Shown here in pieces: positions 1-7,561 of a stretch of DNA of 13,474 nucleotides (position 1 is its first letter; each line of letters begins with the position of its first letter). Under the pieces are notes generated by a model. That model made no database searches. It was given only the letters and a program-made list of their open reading frames with translations, and had not been told where the DNA came from. Both the position numbers and the translations under genes were made by a program. The stretch comes from Polyangiales bacterium (GTDB lineage Bacteria; Myxococcota_A; Polyangia; Polyangiales; Houyiibacteriaceae), in assembly GCA_045106895.1 (NCBI GenBank), contig JBGCFM010000123.1, positions 1-13,474 of the forward strand, given 5' to 3'.

Positions 1-406
1 GCGACGATAACGCGTTCATCGAATCACTCTTCCGCCACCTCAAGTACGTGCCACGCTTTCCATCCCGCGGCTTCGCAAATCTCTCCGCTGCGCGAGCCTG
101 GGTTAAGGACTTCGTACATTGGTACAATCAACGTCATCTGCACAGCGCTATCGGCTACGTCACACCCGATGATCGTCATCACGGACGAGACCTCGCAATC
201 CTCGCAGCTCGGAAGCAGCTCTACGCGGCCGAGCAGCAAAAGAACCCCCGACGATGGTCCGGCAGCGTTCGCAAATGGCATCGCCCCGGCATCGTCACAC
301 TCAACCCTGAACGCGCCGTGACCATCCAACCAATGACCGCTTCGAAGGTCGCCTAGGTCGACCGCAAACCTCCCAGCCGACGCGACAACTATCCTGACGC
401 AGGGGG
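1..406 (+). mobile_element. Right end of an IS3-family insertion sequence
   Basis: Transposase 3' end followed by GCGACAACTATCCTGACGCA (382-401), which resembles from memory the terminal sequence of this IS3-like subgroup. The exact boundary is uncertain and the left end lies outside the window. Confidence 0.65.
3..356 (+). CDS. IS3-family transposase, C-terminal integrase-core part (5' truncated by the window edge)
   Basis: Frame open from position 3: DDNAFIESLFRHLKYVPRFP...WVKDFVHWYNQRHLHSAIGYVTP. This matches the IS3/integrase-core DNxxxESxF.xLK motif (final E of DDE) and the YN..R.HS.I.Y.TP motif. Stop TAG at 354-356. Confidence 0.93.
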   Translation, partial: DDNAFIESLFRHLKYVPRFPSRGFANLSAARAWVKDFVHWYNQRHLHSAIGYVTPDDRHHGRDLAILAARKQLYAAEQQKNPRRWSGSVRKWHRPGIVTLNPERAVTIQPMTASKVA

Positions 407-438
407 CGGAACCGGAACCGGAACCCGAAACCGAACCC
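407..438. repeat. Short hexamer tandem repeat (CGGAAC)x3 + CCGAAA + CCGAAC
   Basis: Read directly: cggaac cggaac cggaac ccgaaa ccgaac cc. Confidence 0.8.
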
Positions 439-445
439 TGGATGC

Positions 446-474
446 TTGCGACGAGGGGTCGGGGTTGCCATCCT
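446..474 (+). promoter_or_regulatory. Putative sigma70-type promoter (TTGCGA-17 nt-CATCCT, TG extension) for a leaderless L,D-transpeptidase transcript
   Basis: TTGCGA at 446-451, TG at 466-467, CATCCT at 469-474, ATG at 482 seven nt later, no SD sequence. Confidence 0.4.
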
Positions 475-481
475 TCCGGCC

Positions 482-1657
482 ATGTCGAAGGTCTCCGCTT
501 TGCTGGTTTTTCTTGCCCTTGGATGTGGCGACGACGTTCGCCCTGCGAACGATGGAGGGCCCACCCCGGATGTACCGACTAGCGATACTGGATTCGACGC
601 GGCAGTGGACGCAGCGCCGATGGATGCTTCGCGCGACGCCCTCGTCGACGCCAGAACGCGCGATGCCGCCGGGGACGCCATGGTCTCGGATGCAAGCCCG
701 GATTCAGGAACAGAGGCCTGCCCACCGCACGTGACATGCGTCACCCGTTTCCCTTTTGTTCACAGTGACTCGACGGCGACCTCCAGCCGCAGCGACATTG
801 CACGCTACGACTGCGCACCAGACGTCGATGAATCCGGCCCCGAGCGCTGGTACCGCGTCGATGTGCCGCATGATGGTTTCCTCGCTCTCTCACTGAGCGA
901 GCTCGGAGAAGGCGTCGACGTCGACGTGCACCTCCTCGAAGAGTCCGAGTCCTGTGTCGACCGTGGTCACTGGCGCGCCGGCGCGTTTGTCGAAGCAGGT
1001 CGCTACTGGGCCGTGGTGGACTCGTGGGTCGATGGCGTTCCTCTCTCGGGCGCCTACACGCTCAACGCCGGGCTGACGAGCGTGGATGACTTTGTCACGG
1101 CGGGCGTGGAGCGCAGCGTCGCCGAGCGCGCGATGCGCGTCTTCAGCCGAGCGTGGGAGCTGGGCGAGACAGATCGCTTGGAATACGCCATCATCGACTT
1201 CAGCCTTCACTCCGTTCAGCCACGTGAGTGGATCTTCGACCTCGCGACGGGTGAGCACCTGTGGACGCTCTTTGTATCCCACGGCATGGGCTCGTCAGAC
1301 CCAGCGGACCCGGGCCTCGCGACGACATTCTCGAACATCCCCGAGAGTCACCAGTCCAGCCTCGGCCTCCTTCGAACGGGCGAGCTCTACGTCGGCGACT
1401 TCGGTCCCTCCCATCGCCTCGACGGGCTTGAGCCTGGCATCAACGACAACGTTCGTTCGCGCGACATCGTCATGCACCCGTGGAACGGAAGCCGGCAGGA
1501 GTTCATCGACGAGTGGGGCTACACGCAGCCGACATGGGGCTGCCCAAGCATCGATGACCGCCTCGCCGACGAAGTCCGCCAGGTCATGGCCAACGGCGCG
1601 CTCATGTGGTTCTGGGCGCCGGACCCCGCGTTCGTCGGCGCCTCCGAGTATTTGTAG
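482..1657 (+). CDS. Lipoprotein with PPC-like beta domain and C-terminal murein L,D-transpeptidase catalytic domain (YkuD_2-like family)
   Basis: Signal/lipobox MSKVSALLVFLALG-C, a D/A-rich linker, and a PPC-like segment (ESGPERWYRVDV...DVDVHLL...GRYWAVVDSW). C-terminal motifs IIDFS...VSHGMGS...FSN.PES.QSSLG...RLDGLE.G.NDN.R.R.IVMH...TWGCP with catalytic His and Cys. ATG 482 is preferred over the track's TTG 446. Confidence 0.85.
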   Translation: MSKVSALLVFLALGCGDDVRPANDGGPTPDVPTSDTGFDAAVDAAPMDASRDALVDARTRDAAGDAMVSDASPDSGTEACPPHVTCVTRFPFVHSDSTATSSRSDIARYDCAPDVDESGPERWYRVDVPHDGFLALSLSELGEGVDVDVHLLEESESCVDRGHWRAGAFVEAGRYWAVVDSWVDGVPLSGAYTLNAGLTSVDDFVTAGVERSVAERAMRVFSRAWELGETDRLEYAIIDFSLHSVQPREWIFDLATGEHLWTLFVSHGMGSSDPADPGLATTFSNIPESHQSSLGLLRTGELYVGDFGPSHRLDGLEPGINDNVRSRDIVMHPWNGSRQEFIDEWGYTQPTWGCPSIDDRLADEVRQVMANGALMWFWAPDPAFVGASEYL

Positions 1658-1659
1658 TC

Positions 1660-2238
1660 GTGCCGCTCAGTCCCCTCGCGCCCCAGTACTCATCCCCTTC
1701 GCCTCGTAGCCGCAACAGAGCCGTCGTGGCGCTTCGTGCGCTCTGGACGCTGCCGACCAACCTCGTCGGTCATGGGCTGGGACGCTTGCTATGCCGAACG
1801 CCTCCAAAGCTCGTCGAGGGTCCTGCAGCGCGTGGATCTTTGTACCGACTCCCAAAGGGCGTCCCCGGAATCGGCGCCATCGCGCTGGGTAGTGCGATCC
1901 TCTACGACCCACGTTTCGTGCACGGCCGAAAGGCGCGCTCGATCATTACCCACGAACTTGCTCACACACGCCAACACGATTGTCTCGGGCCGCTCTACTT
2001 GCCGATGCACATTGTGTGTCAGGGCATCAGCGTGTTGCTCAGCGTTGTCACACGTCGTCGCAGCTATAGCCTCGTCCATGGGTACAACCCTCTCGAGCAG
2101 CGCTGGATTTGCCTCGGCGTCGGCCACATCGACGGCCTGGCGCACGGAACGCTCATGAGCCCCGACGAGGCCGAAGCCTTCTTCGACAAGTTCGGCCTTG
2201 GCCAGAGCGCGTGGCGCTCCCTGGGAGTAGACGCGTAG
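1660..2238 (+). CDS. Putative zinc metallopeptidase-like protein (HExxH, DUF4157-like)
   Basis: GAIALGSAILY...ITHELAHTRQ..CLGPLYLP.H...NPLE. HExxH at 1951-1965 with a downstream Glu. In-frame GTG at 1660 lies 2 nt after the upstream stop (GTG 1726 is an alternative start). Confidence 0.7.
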   Translation: MPLSPLAPQYSSPSPRSRNRAVVALRALWTLPTNLVGHGLGRLLCRTPPKLVEGPAARGSLYRLPKGVPGIGAIALGSAILYDPRFVHGRKARSIITHELAHTRQHDCLGPLYLPMHIVCQGISVLLSVVTRRRSYSLVHGYNPLEQRWICLGVGHIDGLAHGTLMSPDEAEAFFDKFGLGQSAWRSLGVDA

Positions 2239-2244
2239 CTCGCG

Positions 2245-3150
2245 TCAGCGAGCGACGATGACTCGGTTTCGGCCGAGGTCTTTCGCCTTGTACAGCGCTC
2301 GGTCCGCGCGACGGACGAGATCCGTGCCGTCTTCAACCTTCGTCTCAGGGTAGGACGCGACGCCGAGACTCGTGGTCACAGGCAGGCGCTTTCCTTCGTA
2401 TTTGAAGGGGTAAATCTCGACCCAGTGACGCAGTCGCTCTGCGAATTGTTCCGCCGCGGCGAGATCGATGCCGCGACTCAGGACAACGAATTCTTCCCCG
2501 CCGTAGCGCGCAAAGACGTCTTCGCGGCGAACGGATTCTTGAATGCCGCCGGCGAGCGTCTTGAGCACATAGTCACCCGCGAGGTGACCGTAGGTGTCGT
2601 TGAGAGTCTTGAACTTGTCGAGATCGAAGAGCACAAGCGCGAGGGGGCTCTCGTGGCGCTGGGCAAACGCCATCTCGGACTCGAGGCGCTCGGAAAAGAA
2701 CTTCTTGTTGTACGCGCCCGTAAGGCCGTCGTGCAGCGCCGCCTTGAGCATCTTCTTCTGGAACTGCGCGTCGAGCTGGTCGTGATACGTGAACTTCAAG
2801 ATGGTCGTTGTACCGACCTGAACCTTGTCGCCGTCTTGAAGCACTTGCTCCCGAATGGGCGCGCCGTTGACGAAGGTACCGTTCGTGGAGCCGAGGTCTT
2901 CGACAACAACCTTCTCGCCTCGAACGCTAAAGCGCGCGTGAACTCGAGAGATCTCCGTGTCCGTGAGAACGATGGAGGCGTCGCCGCCACGCCCGACGGA
3001 GTGGATGTTGTCGAGGGGGAACATCTTGCCGACGTTGGGCCCCGCGATGACAATTACGTAAGCCTTCTGGCGGTGGAGATCCACCACCGACTTGATCATG
3101 TCCTTGTGGCCAACGACTGTGGCCTCTGCGTCCCATTCACTGCTGCTCAT
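2245..3150 (-). CDS. FHA-domain diguanylate cyclase (FHA-GGDEF)
   Basis: FHA motifs VGRG...ISRVHA...DLGSTNGTFVNG...L.DGD.VQVG. GGDEF domain DGLTGAYNK...DLDKFKTLNDTYGHLAGD...RREDVFARYGGEEF...AD.ALY.AK..GRN with intact GGEEF and RxxD I-site. Confidence 0.95.
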   Translation of the reverse strand: MSSSEWDAEATVVGHKDMIKSVVDLHRQKAYVIVIAGPNVGKMFPLDNIHSVGRGGDASIVLTDTEISRVHARFSVRGEKVVVEDLGSTNGTFVNGAPIREQVLQDGDKVQVGTTTILKFTYHDQLDAQFQKKMLKAALHDGLTGAYNKKFFSERLESEMAFAQRHESPLALVLFDLDKFKTLNDTYGHLAGDYVLKTLAGGIQESVRREDVFARYGGEEFVVLSRGIDLAAAEQFAERLRHWVEIYPFKYEGKRLPVTTSLGVASYPETKVEDGTDLVRRADRALYKAKDLGRNRVIVAR

Positions 3151-3154
3151 AAGT

Positions 3155-3188
3155 GCGCCAATTGGTGCGGCTTCTCAGAAGCATAACA
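3155..3188 (-). promoter_or_regulatory. Putative extended -10 (TGTTATGCT) with two adjacent palindromes upstream of the FHA-GGDEF gene
   Basis: Minus strand TGTTATGCT at 3188-3180. Palindrome GCTTCT-C-AGAAGC at 3170-3182. Near-palindrome GCGCCAATTGGTGC at 3155-3168. Confidence 0.35.
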
Positions 3189-3203
3189 GATGGTTGGAAG
3201 ATT

Positions 3204-5255
3204 TTACTCAGAATGGACACCCAAATAGGTAGCCAAGGTAAAGATCGTCTGATCGTGCAGGTATCGGTAGTGGGCCATATGCCCCACAACCCGCCTGACG
3301 TAGCGACGGGTCTCGTTGAAGGGGATCCGCTCCACAAAGAGGTCCAGGTCACGCGTTTCTTGTTCCCGGAGCCATCGCTCCACTCGCGCGGCGCCTGCAT
3401 TGTAGGCTGCAATAGCCAACGGAGCGCTTTCGAAGCGCTGGATATGTTCCGCGATTTCAACGACGCCGAAGCGCACATTCCACTCGGGTTCGTAGAGTCG
3501 TTCGGGGGTAAAACTCCAGCCCTCGCGCCGCGCATGGCTTCGGGCGGAGTCCGGCATGAGCTGCAAAAGACCGATGGCGCCGGCCTGGCTGAACGCGGCC
3601 TCGTCGAAGCTGCTCTCCTGACGCATCGTCGCGTAGACATGCTCCCAAGCGACGCCACGGAGGGCAGACTCCGCCTGAACATGCTCAAAATAGGGTCTCG
3701 GATACGCCGCTTCCCATGCCCAGCGCGCGCCGCCGGCGGGCCTCATGGCCAGGCGACGCCGATCGAGGGCCGCCAGTCGGAAGGCGCGCGTCGTGCCACC
3801 GACGACGGTGTAGAGGCGGGCCAAAGCTTCATTGACGCGCCCCCGAGGAGCTCGCTGGCGGAGCTCTCGTTCGGCGGAGCGGAGACTCGCCAAGGCGTCC
3901 TCACGTAGTCCGATCCGCACGAAGAGCTGCGCGCGCTCCGGGATTGCAAGCTCGAGTTCGGCGGCTTCGGGGGACGGGTCGCCGAGCTCGGGACACGCAT
4001 GGCCGGCGTCGCTCAAGCGGCGACACGCCAGGAGCGCGTACCAGGACAGAGGGTCGCGTTGGGCCGCTCGCTCGTAGTCACGTCTCGCCTGGGACGCGTG
4101 ACCCCCTTCCGCGTGGGCACGCCCTCGCCAGTAGAGCGCCTTGGCTTCATCGACGGCGTCCTCACTCGCCTCGAGGTACGCGCTAAAATGACGGCGAGCG
4201 CTCGTGAAGGAACGTCGTTCGAAGGCTTCGAGTCCCAGATCCCACGCCGCGTCGCGACGGTAACGTCCGCGGGCGAGGGGTCCGTTCAAGAAGCGCGTCA
4301 TGCGTGCGCGCCCGCGCGTCGCGTTCAGCCGGATCTCAAGCCAAGCCGCGAGGTACGCGGCCTGGCGGGCTCGGCGATGACGCCGGTGCGCGCGGACGAG
4401 AGCGTCGTAGGCACGGATTGCGGCGCGATCTTCGTCGGCTCGAGAAAGCGCGCGGGCGGCATGAAAACGATCGTCGATGGCCGTGGGCCCGCCGAGTCGC
4501 CAAGCGCGACGAAGAACCTCGGCAGCCTCCGCGTAGTCATCGCGCGTGGCGTAGAGACACATGCCGCGAACGTGAAGCCACTCCGCACGACGCGTTCGTG
4601 GCTCGCTGCCCAGGATCGCCAGCGCTTCCGTTGGACGGGATGCGCGGCGAAACCGCTCCGCTAGTTGAATCCGCTCATCAAGGGTCCAGTCCCCATTTGC
4701 ATCGAGGGTCACATCCGGGTGGAGCGGATGCGCGACCTGCGCGGCGCGACGGATCTGCGCCGCTTCATCCGGTGTGATCTCCGCGAGGGTTTGCCGCAGA
4801 GAATAGGTATCGACGCGCGCAGCGTCTCTCTCGATGCTCTGGCGAAGCGCCGCCCGCGCGGCCTCTTTGTCCTCGTCGCTCTCCGCGCTGCGGGCGAGAC
4901 ACTCCGCTCTGGCCGCGCGAGAGATAGGATCGCGCTGCGCCTCGAGGAGTGGGAGCGCCGAAACACAGTCGCCCGAGCGCGCCAAGAGGCGCCCGCGACG
5001 GCGAAGAGCATCCTCCGCCACGAGGCTAGGCATCTCCGACTCATAGGCAGCGACGGCTTCTTGGAGGCGGCCTTGTCGTTCGAGGAGCCGGCCGCGAAGG
5101 TAGTTCGCCTCCGCATCGTCATGGCTCGCGAGTTGGCTCAAAGCCTGGCGGTCTTGCCCAAGTTCCACCTGCCTGACCAGGTCCGCCGGCAGCTGGGCGA
5201 CGCCCAGACTTGCCTGTCCCGCCACCAAAGCGAGGGTGAGCAAAAAGCGCCGCAT
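3204..5255 (-). CDS. slt: Soluble lytic murein transglycosylase (Slt70-like) with N-terminal TPR-like repeats
   Basis: Signal peptide MRRFLLTLALVAGQASLGVA and helical TPR-like repeats (EANYLRGRLLERQGRLQEAVAAYE, ALYWRGRAH). SLT motifs MRQESSF, AGAIGLLQLMP, AIAAYNAG, IPFNETRRYV. The start could instead be ATG 5279 or 5300. Confidence 0.92.
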   Translation of the reverse strand: MRRFLLTLALVAGQASLGVAQLPADLVRQVELGQDRQALSQLASHDDAEANYLRGRLLERQGRLQEAVAAYESEMPSLVAEDALRRRGRLLARSGDCVSALPLLEAQRDPISRAARAECLARSAESDEDKEAARAALRQSIERDAARVDTYSLRQTLAEITPDEAAQIRRAAQVAHPLHPDVTLDANGDWTLDERIQLAERFRRASRPTEALAILGSEPRTRRAEWLHVRGMCLYATRDDYAEAAEVLRRAWRLGGPTAIDDRFHAARALSRADEDRAAIRAYDALVRAHRRHRRARQAAYLAAWLEIRLNATRGRARMTRFLNGPLARGRYRRDAAWDLGLEAFERRSFTSARRHFSAYLEASEDAVDEAKALYWRGRAHAEGGHASQARRDYERAAQRDPLSWYALLACRRLSDAGHACPELGDPSPEAAELELAIPERAQLFVRIGLREDALASLRSAERELRQRAPRGRVNEALARLYTVVGGTTRAFRLAALDRRRLAMRPAGGARWAWEAAYPRPYFEHVQAESALRGVAWEHVYATMRQESSFDEAAFSQAGAIGLLQLMPDSARSHARREGWSFTPERLYEPEWNVRFGVVEIAEHIQRFESAPLAIAAYNAGAARVERWLREQETRDLDLFVERIPFNETRRYVRRVVGHMAHYRYLHDQTIFTLATYLGVHSE

Positions 5256-5420
5256 TGCCCGTAGTGCCCCTGGGCCCATCGCTTGGGTGTATCCCAACAT
5301 CCCCAGAGCGGCTAATTTGGGGACGAAGTCGGCCCTTCATGCCTTTTGCGACTGCTTTGACTTGGAAACGAGGTCACGAAGGCATGCGCGTCTGAGATTC
5401 ATGCACTAGGGTCCGCCTCC

Positions 5421-5813
5421 ATGATGCGTTTGTTCTTCGTTGTTGGTTTGTTTTGCGTCGGTTGTGCACCCGCGATTGGGGACGACTGCGGCACGAGCGC
5501 AGACTGCTCGGTCAACGGCGACCGCATCTGCGACCTGGCCTACCCGGGTGGGTACTGCACCGTCGCAGGCTGCGAAGCTGGAACCTGCCCCGACGATTCG
5601 CTCTGCGTTGAGTGGCGCTTCTCCCCCGACCGCACCGCCGTGACCTTCTGCATGGCGGCGTGCGATGGCGACGGAGACTGTCGCGACAACTACGCATGCA
5701 TGAACGAAGCCGACGAGCGCATGCTTGACGCCGAAGGAGAGCGACTGGCTCGCTCCCTCGATGGCACGGACCCAACGTTCTGCGTTGGCGTGACCGCTCC
5801 GCCCCTCGAGTAA
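5421..5813 (+). CDS. Small cysteine-rich lipoprotein (hypothetical)
   Basis: Lipoprotein signal MMRLFFVVGLFCVG-C. There are 12 further Cys in the mature region (IGDDC..ADC...PGGYCT..C...CP..SLC...CMAACDGDGDCR..YAC), a pattern typical of myxobacterial disulfide-rich lipoproteins. Confidence 0.8.
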   Translation: MMRLFFVVGLFCVGCAPAIGDDCGTSADCSVNGDRICDLAYPGGYCTVAGCEAGTCPDDSLCVEWRFSPDRTAVTFCMAACDGDGDCRDNYACMNEADERMLDAEGERLARSLDGTDPTFCVGVTAPPLE

Positions 5814-5838
5814 AACCGCCGCGTATGGAACGCCGCGC

Positions 5839-6759
5839 ATGAAACGCTACCTCGTCACTCGCGCTCTACGGGCGCTCTTGACGGTGGTCGGTGTTGTGAC
5901 GCTCGTCTTCTTGATGGTGCGCGCGATCCCTGGGGATCCCGTCGACACCATCCTCGGTGACAACGCCCGCGAGGGGGACCGTGCGCGGATGCGCGAGCGC
6001 CTGCACTTAGACGACTCCCTCGCCGAGCAATACACGCTCTTTGTCGGGGACGTGCTGGGCGGCTCCCTCGGCCACTCCTACCGGCACGAACGACGCGTCT
6101 CGGACATGCTTGGCGAGGTACTCGCGCCGACGCTCACGCTGGCGCTGGCGGCGCTGCTCTTAGCGCTCTCGCTGGCGATTCCCCTTGGTGTGTTCGCTGC
6201 ATCACGACACGGATCCCGATGGGACCGAGCGGCGTCCGCGTTGGCCGTGGCGGGCCTCGCGATTCCAAACATCTGGCTGGGTCCGATTCTGATCTTGGTG
6301 TTCGCCGTGTGGCTCCGCTGGCTTCCTCTGCCGGGCGATGTCGGATGGACCACGCTCGTACTGCCGACGCTGACGTTGGGCACCGCCCTCGCCGCTTCGC
6401 TGACCCGCCAAACCCGCGCCGCCACCCTCGACGCGCTCTCGCGGCCCTTTGTACAAGCGGCGCGCGCACGAGGCCTAAGTCGTGCGCGCGTGCTGAGACG
6501 ACACGCGCTCCGAAACGCGCTCTTTCCTATCGTCACCGTGGCGGCGGCTCAGCTTGGAGCGCTGCTTGCCGGGACCGTCGTCGTGGAGAAGATCTTCGAA
6601 CGCCCCGGGATGGGCGCGCTCTTCCTCGACGCATTCTTCGCTCGCGACATTCCCGTGATTCAGGGCGTCGTTCTCTCCGTCGCGCTGACCTACGTGAGCG
6701 TCAACCTCCTCGTCGACCTGATGTATGCGTGGATCGATCCTCGGGTGACGCTCTCATGA
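5839..6759 (+). CDS. dppB: Peptide/nickel ABC transporter permease, DppB/OppB family
   Basis: N-terminal PGDPV..ILG...LHLD..L.EQY..F...L.G.LG.S, EAA-loop region FVQAARARGLS...HALRNA, VVEKIF.RPG.G, C-terminal NLLVDL.YAWIDPRV. Confidence 0.92.
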   Translation: MKRYLVTRALRALLTVVGVVTLVFLMVRAIPGDPVDTILGDNAREGDRARMRERLHLDDSLAEQYTLFVGDVLGGSLGHSYRHERRVSDMLGEVLAPTLTLALAALLLALSLAIPLGVFAASRHGSRWDRAASALAVAGLAIPNIWLGPILILVFAVWLRWLPLPGDVGWTTLVLPTLTLGTALAASLTRQTRAATLDALSRPFVQAARARGLSRARVLRRHALRNALFPIVTVAAAQLGALLAGTVVVEKIFERPGMGALFLDAFFARDIPVIQGVVLSVALTYVSVNLLVDLMYAWIDPRVTLS

Positions 6760-7559
6760 CGCGCCCTCCGATCCGGCTAGGCCCCGCGTTGGTCGTCGTG
6801 TTCTTCTTCCTCGCGATCTTCGGACCCTTCTTGGCGCCCCAAGACCCCGAAGCCATCGACCTGCTGCGTCAGTTCGAGGGACCGAGCGCAGCGCACTGGT
6901 TTGGCACCGGCGACAACGGCGTGGACCTGCTCTCCGTTCTGTTTCACGGCGCACGTTTGGCGGGCGTCATCGCCTTCTGGGTCGTGCTCGTCAGCGCGGC
7001 CCTCGGCATGATGCTCGGCGCCTTGGCCGGCTACGTCGGTGGCCGCTTAGACCACGTGATCAGCGGCGTGATGGACCTGGTTCAGTCCTTCCCGGGCATC
7101 CTGCTCAACATTGCGATTCTCGCATTGGTCGCGCGCCCCGGCGTGATCCACCTCGTCGTCGCGCTGGCGATTCCAGGGTGGGTGCTCTACGCGCGCCTAG
7201 CGAGGGCCGAAGCACTCGTGCTTCGAAACGCGGAGTACGTGCAAGCCGCGCGGGCCCTCGGCGCAGGGCCGGTGCGCGTGCTTTTTCGCCACGTGATGCC
7301 CAACTTGGTGGGCCCGATTCTGATTCAAGCGACCACCGGCGTCGGCGGCGTGATCTTAGCCGAGGCGACGCTCTCGTTCCTGGGACTCGGCCCCGGTGGT
7401 CAGTCGTCCTGGGGCGCGCTTCTGGACCAAGGTACAGGCGTGCTGCTCCGCTTTCCCCACGTGGCCCTCGTCGCAGGCTCGGCCATTGCGCTGACGGTGC
7501 TCGGGTTCAACCTCGCCGGAGACCTCCTGCGCGACCGCCTCGCCCGCGAAGCGAGCTGA
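6756..7559 (+). CDS. dppC: Peptide/nickel ABC transporter permease, DppC/OppC family
   Basis: ATG 6756 overlaps the dppB TGA (ATGA coupling). Motifs PSAAHWFGTGDNGVD, EYVQAARALGA...HVMPN, EATLSFLGLG, FNLAGDLLRD. The true start is 6756, not the track's 6219. Confidence 0.92.
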   Translation: MTRPPIRLGPALVVVFFFLAIFGPFLAPQDPEAIDLLRQFEGPSAAHWFGTGDNGVDLLSVLFHGARLAGVIAFWVVLVSAALGMMLGALAGYVGGRLDHVISGVMDLVQSFPGILLNIAILALVARPGVIHLVVALAIPGWVLYARLARAEALVLRNAEYVQAARALGAGPVRVLFRHVMPNLVGPILIQATTGVGGVILAEATLSFLGLGPGGQSSWGALLDQGTGVLLRFPHVALVAGSAIALTVLGFNLAGDLLRDRLAREAS

Positions 7560-7561
7560 CC

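Noticed and set aside
24..329. Minus-strand 101-aa ORF over the IS
   Set aside because: Antisense shadow of the transposase, whose plus frame carries the conserved motifs
2230..2246. GACGCG-tagct-CGCGTC hairpin at convergent stops
   Set aside because: Only 6 bp with no U-tract, so too weak to call a terminator in GC-rich DNA
2425..5264. Long plus-strand ORFs (2425-3186, 3153-3908, 3999-4664, 4665-5264)
   Set aside because: Antisense to the well-supported dgc and slt genes, with no recognisable motifs. Expected in high-GC DNA.
5338..5386. Possible c-di-GMP-I riboswitch (GAAA-capped stem near a cyclase locus)
   Set aside because: Lacks the GCAAA...GGACGCAAAG consensus and the second hairpin, so it was kept only as a generic structure
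6219..6755. Apparent 179-aa N-terminal extension of DppC
   Set aside because: Overlaps dppB in another frame and is Arg-rich junk. The ATGA coupling at 6756 gives the real start.
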